From positions 3,348,001 to 3,412,000 of the forward strand of contig SMSO01000034.1 of NCBI GenBank assembly GCA_004764695.1: 64,000 nt of DNA, read 5' to 3'. The position numbers and the translations under genes were made by a program. This document shows positions 57,443 through 64,000 of the stretch, in pieces. Below the pieces are notes generated by a model. It was given only the letters and a program-made list of their open reading frames with translations, was not told the origin of the DNA and did no database searches. Origin of the DNA: Schizochytrium sp. TIO01. Taxonomy: Eukaryota; Protista; Bigyra: Labyrinthulomycetes. How positions within the stretch are numbered: the first letter of the stretch is position 1; every line of letters starts with the position of its first letter.

Positions 57443-58241
57443 TATCACTGTTGCTCACTCAGGTCACAGCACAGAAAATCTCGCAACCTTCCAATAGAAC
57501 CCACTACCATCCCACGCACGGAGAGGTTTCCTTTTGCTCCAAGGAGTAGTAGTCCACAATCCGTCAGGTTCACGTAGTCCACGAAGCTTCTGCTTGAGAG
57601 CTTCCAAGCCAAAACGACCTTTTCAGTGCTTTACAGCTAGCACTAGCTCAAGTTCACGATGCTAATATTCCTCCCGATGACGTACCGCAAACGATCCTGA
57701 CTACGTCAGGTCAGGACCAGCAGTCGTGAGCGATACCCTCGCAGTTGAACAGTCTCGCCAGTCAGTACTGCCTCCTTCAAGCTAAAGCCACATCTACAAT
57801 CCATCGTTGCAGCTTGGTTCTTCGTTTTTCTGGTCAATTCCTGCGTTAAAGTTCTCTCTAAACGGATTTGCAAGCTAAGCTCAAAATGGGTTGCGCACAT
57901 CACTCTCTAGTACTAAATCATAGGAATACATAGTAATACATAGGTCTTGTAGTGAGGAGTGCCTAACTACCTCCTTATTCTACCAATTCCTTCTTTCGAT
58001 TAAAAAGAAAAGTATTTTTTATCCTAGTCATTTTCAAATTAAGAATTACTAGGAGCCCAATTAGTAAAGATATAGCACTCGGCATTTATAGCCAGCAAGA
58101 TCTATCTGATCTGTCAATCGTTGGCGTCTGCGCTCGCAGATATAACTTCATCTTATCTCGTCGCGACCTGAGGCTCCAGAGAGAGACAGATACTGTCAAT
58201 CATTGTTCCTTGTGAATCCCCACTGTCTTCTGTTACCTATT

Positions 58242-58294
58242 TTCTGCTGATCAACAAATTCTGTTGGTCAACAAATTCATTCTGTTGATCACCA
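58242..58294. repeat. Three tandem copies of TTCTGTTGATCAACAAA-like units with a palindromic core (TGTTGATCAACA)
   Basis: Copies at 58242, 58259 and 58280, each differing by one base from the perfect 12-bp palindrome. Confidence 0.7.
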
Positions 58295-58589
58295 TATTAG
58301 TAAATGCCCATAACATTGCGAAGCACTACTAGGGGTAATACTTAGGAAGGCCCCTAAGAGAACCAAAGAAGCTTTTCGGACAGAATCCTTAGCGAACTAA
58401 GCGAATTACTTTTAGAGCGAGAACCGGAGCAGCAAATCTCAAACTGTCGGGAGATAGAAGAGCAAACGGGGCCACCCTGGCGGGGAGAAGACCGTAGACG
58501 GACAAGAGGACAGGGCAGAGAGATTGAGGCCAGCTTGTCTAGTGACCAGCTAGTTGTTCAGGTAGTGCGGTGCGGAGGCTGGAACTAAG

Positions 58590-59495
58590 ATGCAGGAGAT
58601 GGGAAGGATGAGTGAGACTACAGCCGTCACTGCAGAGCTTGGTCAAGACATGACTACGATTGGAGGCGAAGATAATACAGGTGACCAGGCTCTCGACGAC
58701 CAAGGCGATTTGCAGGATGGAGTTACTGAGATCCCGGTGCTTCAAAATGAGGATGAAGCAATGGAAACGCGGAAACAAAATGCTGCGACGGCCAATGTAG
58801 CTCACCAGCTTGGAGCAGCACAGGTGCCTAACGGTGGGATAAGTGCAGCCGCGATTGCAAGATCCGATGATGTGGTGGGGCAGACTGAAGAGGTACTCAA
58901 CGACCAAGTAGGCGGAGAATGCTGCAAGAAGTATTCTTCTGTTCGTCGGCGTCTTAAGAAGGCTGTGGAGACGAAGTCCATTAGTAAGCACTTTTGCGAG
59001 GCTAAGAAGGAGTGGGTTCTTACGGGGCATCGCATTGCCCCAAAGGCTGATGGTCAATGTACCTGCGGAAAGCGCAAGCTGAAGGATGTTTTTGTTCTCT
59101 CGAACTCTAACACTGGGTTGGAGATAGTTGTAGGCTCAACTTGTATCACGCACTTCCCCGACTCTCTATCTACCAATATAGACATCGACATTAACATGGT
59201 ATTCAAGAATACCACACCTTGCGGAAAGTCCTCGTTTGGGTATGCCACTGAAGGTGACAAGCAGTGCATGACACAGCTGAGAACGAAGCTGCGCAGGAAG
59301 TTCCCCCAAACAACTATATTTTGGGGATATGAGGACGGGATTTCTACTACGATGCGTCCTCAGGTTTCCTTTAAAAAGGGTAAAATCTACAAGAGTAAGA
59401 TCGTGGCGAAAATTTCTAGGGTAAAGATTTCTCGCAAAAGAGATACAACTCCTATCAGATTTTTTCTGAGTGTCCAGAACATCCAAGAGGCGTGA
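58590..59495 (+). CDS. Hypothetical protein with EW...CxCG...N..G....VGSxCI motif (virus/phage-like putative Zn-binding domain)
   Basis: 301-aa ORF containing EAKKEWVL...CTCGKRKLKDVFVLSNSNTGLEIVVGSTCITHF. The N-terminus is acidic and disordered, the C-terminus basic. Confidence 0.75.
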   Translation: MQEMGRMSETTAVTAELGQDMTTIGGEDNTGDQALDDQGDLQDGVTEIPVLQNEDEAMETRKQNAATANVAHQLGAAQVPNGGISAAAIARSDDVVGQTEEVLNDQVGGECCKKYSSVRRRLKKAVETKSISKHFCEAKKEWVLTGHRIAPKADGQCTCGKRKLKDVFVLSNSNTGLEIVVGSTCITHFPDSLSTNIDIDINMVFKNTTPCGKSSFGYATEGDKQCMTQLRTKLRRKFPQTTIFWGYEDGISTTMRPQVSFKKGKIYKSKIVAKISRVKISRKRDTTPIRFFLSVQNIQEA

Positions 59496-59913
59496 GTTTT
59501 CCCGTCCAAGTTCCTTCTAAAGCTGCAAGACTCGTACATGCTCGACTTACAACAATTCTCTTCTCTTTTCTTTACGATTATCTTTCTTACAACTAAAGAT
59601 TTTTCTCCTTTTCGCTCTTGTTATAGGTTCTTGTGGTACCCAAGTGGAGTGTTGGTGGTGTTGACCATGTAGAAAAGAAATCATACCACCCACCCAGTGA
59701 CTGATTTGGATTAAACAGGTTGTACATACTAGGTACTTAGTCCTCAGGCTATCTCAATTATCTATTTTTTAAAAGGAAAAAAGGGCTGAAGGGCAAATTG
59801 CTTTTAGCGTTGATAAATTATTGATCGAAAAGGACCTTGGAAAAGGGTTGTGCAGATTATTTATTGCTCGCTATTGTGACGAGCTCAAGCTGCGGAGTTT
59901 GCAGTTCCCGTTC

Positions 59914-62900
59914 ATGGGCGGAGCAGAGCCGGCCGCGAAGGCCGCAGACGCACTGGACCCTTTCTTGCAGGCACTGTTCTGTAGGAGTCGCGCGTTGCGG
60001 GCCACTGGAGACCCTGGCGCACTCGGTGTACCTCACGATGGAACTCCCAAGCATGGCCAACCAGCGTTTCGGGCGGTGTCAGTGATGTCGCTTTCGAATT
60101 CGTTAAGGCATAGAACACTCGTTTCGGGGCCATCAACAACCTCGCACTTACCAAGTGGCGCCTCGAAGGCTGTGAGAGAATGGTTTTCGCAGATCAGTTC
60201 GAAGGATAGAGTGAAAATCTTAACGATTTCACACGAAGAGTGCGTGCGAAAATTCGTGGAAATGGTCCAAGTACAGAGAGAGAAACTCACAGAGGCGAAA
60301 GCGTGCTCGGGCACGTTGAACAGTCCTTTGGCAATGAGAGGAGAGCTTCAGCGAAGAGGAGACACGCCAAGCTTTTCGATATTCGTAACGCAAGATAGGT
60401 TCATGGAGTTCACCTTTCGCAGAACGCTGCACGTCTCAAACCGCATGGAATGCTTTGCGCCACTTCTCACGGAGATAGAGATAGATCACTATGCGGCGGC
60501 GAATCATGTGCTAGCACAATTTAGATATATTGAGTCAGGTCACCTTGGTTTAGATCATGCACGAATCGAGTGTTGGAATCCATCGCTATGGGAGGATCCT
60601 GAGTGCTTGTTCCGGTTGTTTGAAGCCGCTACCCTGGGAAATTTTTTGCAGGCCAAAGACATCCCAGATGTAGCCCGGGTCAAGGACCTCCCCCCTTTGC
60701 CAATATGGAATGGTGCTCAAATGCTGGTTGGATGCCTTTGGGAATGTATCTGGCAAACCGAATTGAGTTGCAAATATGGCATGCTTTCGCAATACGGAAA
60801 GTCACTCGTGTACGCTGGCGGGACCAACCGTTCGAGCCTGCTTTTGTACGTGCACGGCGCGCAAAGCAGTGGTTTGACAATCTTCCAGTCGAGAAGCAGC
60901 AAGCTTTACTTTGGCGCAAGGGGGTCACCAAGGAAAGGCTTATTAGGGCGTGGCGCAAACTCCAAATCCGTTACATATGTGCAAAAGGGCTGTCGGACCT
61001 CCGTCAACTTTCAGGGGTTTCTTTACGTATTATTAAGTCAAGTCGTGTAGCATCTTCATATCAAGATCTGTTTTATGATATTGCAGATGCAGCCCGAATC
61101 GCGCAAGAGGCAAGCTTACGAGGGAGGGCGGATTTCCGCAAACGCATAGAGCCTCTTATGGCGATCATGCTTCAAAGTGCAGTGAATAAAAGTGAAGATC
61201 GCGTTGTTCATGATGGCCTACTAGCAGCAAACACTCAAGAATCAATTCTCTTGGATATTTTTGAGGACGCTATCGAGTCAGCATGGAGAGATTCTCTTGT
61301 GGAGAATCTTTATGCAGCAGCTGAGGAGGATAGTAGAGTTAGAGTTGCAAGGGCCGCGGCTCATCAACAACAGAAAATAAACAAGCGAAAGAAAAAGAAA
61401 CATCATAATACTACTTTACCAGCAAATAGAATTTCGCAACGGATGAGTGGAGACGCTCAAACAGGCGGAGGTCACAGTAGTGCGAGCAGTAGTATTTGCA
61501 GCATTAGCAGCTCTGTCAGCAAAAGCAGTGGTAAATTTCCATATGTGAAATCTGCAGCCTCAGATTCATCGACAGTGTCGTCTATACGTGGCATATACTA
61601 TTCGGATGATGACGGCCGCGCATCCCGGCATGAAGCACATTATCAAGACTTAGATTATGAGGCATTATCTCCTGGGTGGCAAATTGCTGGCGCACAGGGA
61701 AATCGGTCTCGTGTCACACGCTCCAAGACACTTCAACGAGCTGACTCAAATGACACAATGCCCAGCGTTGATGCGTTTGCACTGGGCTATGATCTTCATG
61801 ATCAGAGCCCCACCCCCCCTGGTCCACCATCTGTTGTCTCAACAGGAACTAATGAAACTTTAGACCTGGCGTTCTCATCCCATATTCGACAATCTCTTCC
61901 AGCACATGCACTTCGCGAGAATGACCCTTCCGAAACATCACCTTTTCTTCTCGATCATGGCGGCCGAACTCAGGAAATAGACTACTCTCTTGTCTCCGAC
62001 GGAGACACGGATCTGCGAAGATTTTTTCCTCACGAACGGATTGCAAGTATTTGGGGAGCCTCTGATAGTGATGTGCCACTCTTTACCTGGTCAAACCCTA
62101 TGGGGCCTCCTGCAAATCCTGATGATGACCGAAATCTTATCGCTTCGCTTTTAGGTGGCTTCGAGGAGGACCGCACACGAGATAAGTTTACCCAAACAGA
62201 GGTTGAAGGGGTTTCCGATCCTTTTTTTGCAACAGAGGAGCATGACTATGGATGGGATGAAGCTTTCGATGCAGGTTTAACCTTAGAAGGCCTATCTAGG
62301 GGTGCTGAGAGTGGGTCTGAGAATGGAGATCCTTATTTTATCTCTGCTGCACGCTTACGCTCAACTGAAAGCAGAAAACAGGTGAGTCAAATTCTTCATT
62401 CGGAAGCAGAAGCTCACAGTTTGCTTGTTAATGGTATTCGTGAAGAAGAAGCGGAAGAGGCGGAAGAAGACGAGGAAGAGGATGAAAGAATCAATGCAGT
62501 GGGTTCAAGTGATGATGAACATCGTCAGAGTTCACGCGATAGCAGATCTGTAACTTATCCGAAACCTCGACGGCATAGTGATAGCGTAGTGACAGACGTT
62601 GATCGTGACCACCAGGATGATTCATCTGATGATGAATCTTCCTCTCTATCTTCAGAACAGCACGCTGTAGCTTGGGCTTTGCGAGAGAGGTTTCGAGACA
62701 TTGCTCACGAAACCAGCGTCCAGCCTCGTGGCCGCCGAAGAACTAAGACATTCGCAACTTCCAAATCTAAGGGTCAAGAAAGTCACAATGCAAAAGATCA
62801 CATTCACTTTGCATTATCAACTGATATTAAGGACGGAAGCCACAGTGATGATGGAGAATGGACAACTATTTCCAAGCGCTGTCGACGCAGACCATTTTCT

Positions 62901-64000
62901 GCTGATGGACATCGCCGCAACTCCACCACTTCCGCCAAGGAATCAAATACAAAACCACACAAAACTTCACAAACCAACAATAAAGCTGCTAAACGTAGAA
63001 ATGCATCACATCGCTCAGCTTCGTCTGCGCAAGAGTCTACACTATACACCAACGAGCCAAAACAGATGCATACAACTCGATTTGTTCGATCAAACTCGTC
63101 TCAAAGTGCCCTCTCGATCAATTCAATGCTCAATGATGCTAGTATTGACACGAATATTCGAACTATGCCTCTGGAGAACGCTGAGGAACAAATTTTACAA
63201 CACAACTTTCCTAAACATTCATTGCAGGAATTGACAACTTGTAGTTTCGAAAACTGTCAAGGTTGTCGTAATCGGGAGCGAGAGTTGGAAAGGTATCGCC
63301 AAGCGGACCTGGAGTGGCGAAAGTCAATCGAAACGAAACTGGACAAACTTGCCGAGAAATTGGATAGCCTTTTTGCATCTTCTAGCCTCAAGGTCGCCCC
63401 ATCAACAGTTATTGCTCAAGCTCAAGCTCGAAATCATGCCGCTGGACATCACGATGGCTCCAGCTCCTCAGGGAGCCCCAATAATCACTCCTGGAAAAGC
63501 AGAGTCATCATCCTATGCTGCAGCGGCAGCGTCTGGAACCCCTTCTGCGCCTGGTAAATCTCTGAGCAATGCTCTACCCTCGAGAACTCTGAGTACTACG
63601 TCTCAAGCAAGCCCTGGAGCAAATACCGTAGCACGAGCAAATTCTAGCTCATTAAGTGCTGCTTCAATTTCAAATTTACCTCGGGGCCGAGCAACAGCGG
63701 CTGGTTCGGTGACGAGCCCATCATCGGGTGCTTTAGTAGGTGAACGGTCACCACATGGTCTGCGTAGTGCTCCTCAGACCCCTTTGGCACGGCCAAGGCA
63801 ACTATCGCAGATAGAAAGCCATCTGACTCCGTCTGACTTTTATCCGCATGGAACCCAGTTTAGTCCACCAATGATGGACTTCCTCCCAACGCAACAATAT
63901 GCTATGTATTATAACACCACGGCAGCTGGTGTTTTGTTTACAGATCCTTGGTATTATCCTTTTCCTATGGATGCTGCGCATGGGCCTATGGTTCATCGAC
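59914..64000 (+). CDS. Large MEE44-like nucleotidyltransferase-family protein, partial; frameshifts at ~60690 and ~63400-63550
   Basis: REWFSQISSKDRVKILTI, LGNFL, MEWCSNAGWMPLGMYLANRIE and KQWFDNL match the order of motifs I recall from the N-terminus of Arabidopsis MEE44 (At4g00060). The catalytic domain is not in the window. A +1 frame is open from about 63420 to the edge. Confidence 0.65.

Noticed and set aside
59690-59735. CTAG downstream of the virus-like gene as a possible Helitron 3' end
   Set aside because: No convincing subterminal hairpin, and it is not followed by the expected T.

Overview
Eukaryotic nuclear DNA with intron-poor genes, spliceosomal GT-AG introns and microsatellite-rich intergenic DNA. 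The style suggests a stramenopile, probably a thraustochytrid (inference). About 19 protein genes are supported: two divergent 7TM GPCR-like paralogs (one runs off the left edge and is absent from the ORF track), a BI-1/Lifeguard protein, a TBC+WW Rab-GAP, a CPFC GST-N/glutaredoxin-like protein, a large protein with a duplicated uncharacterised domain, a DnaJ, a thioredoxin-like membrane protein, a gamma-CA-like protein, ARMH1-like, mitochondrial-type ValRS, an SHP-box membrane protein, a C3orf33/LCL3-like protein, a Zeta-toxin-domain kinase, a DUF5107-like/TPR protein, PDCD5, a CBL-like EF-hand protein, a virus-like Cys-motif protein and an MEE44-like nucleotidyltransferase truncated at the right edge. 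Six tRNA-Cys(GCA) genes lie in a 2.4 kb cluster. The left 7 kb is an accessory, decaying region with an EGF-protein pseudogene and a hidden frameshifted Fic (AMPylase) pseudogene. Three otherwise intact genes each need a -1 shift at or near a homopolymer, most likely assembly deletions. Family assignments come from remembered motifs, not database searches. I found no single clearly novel multi-gene system.
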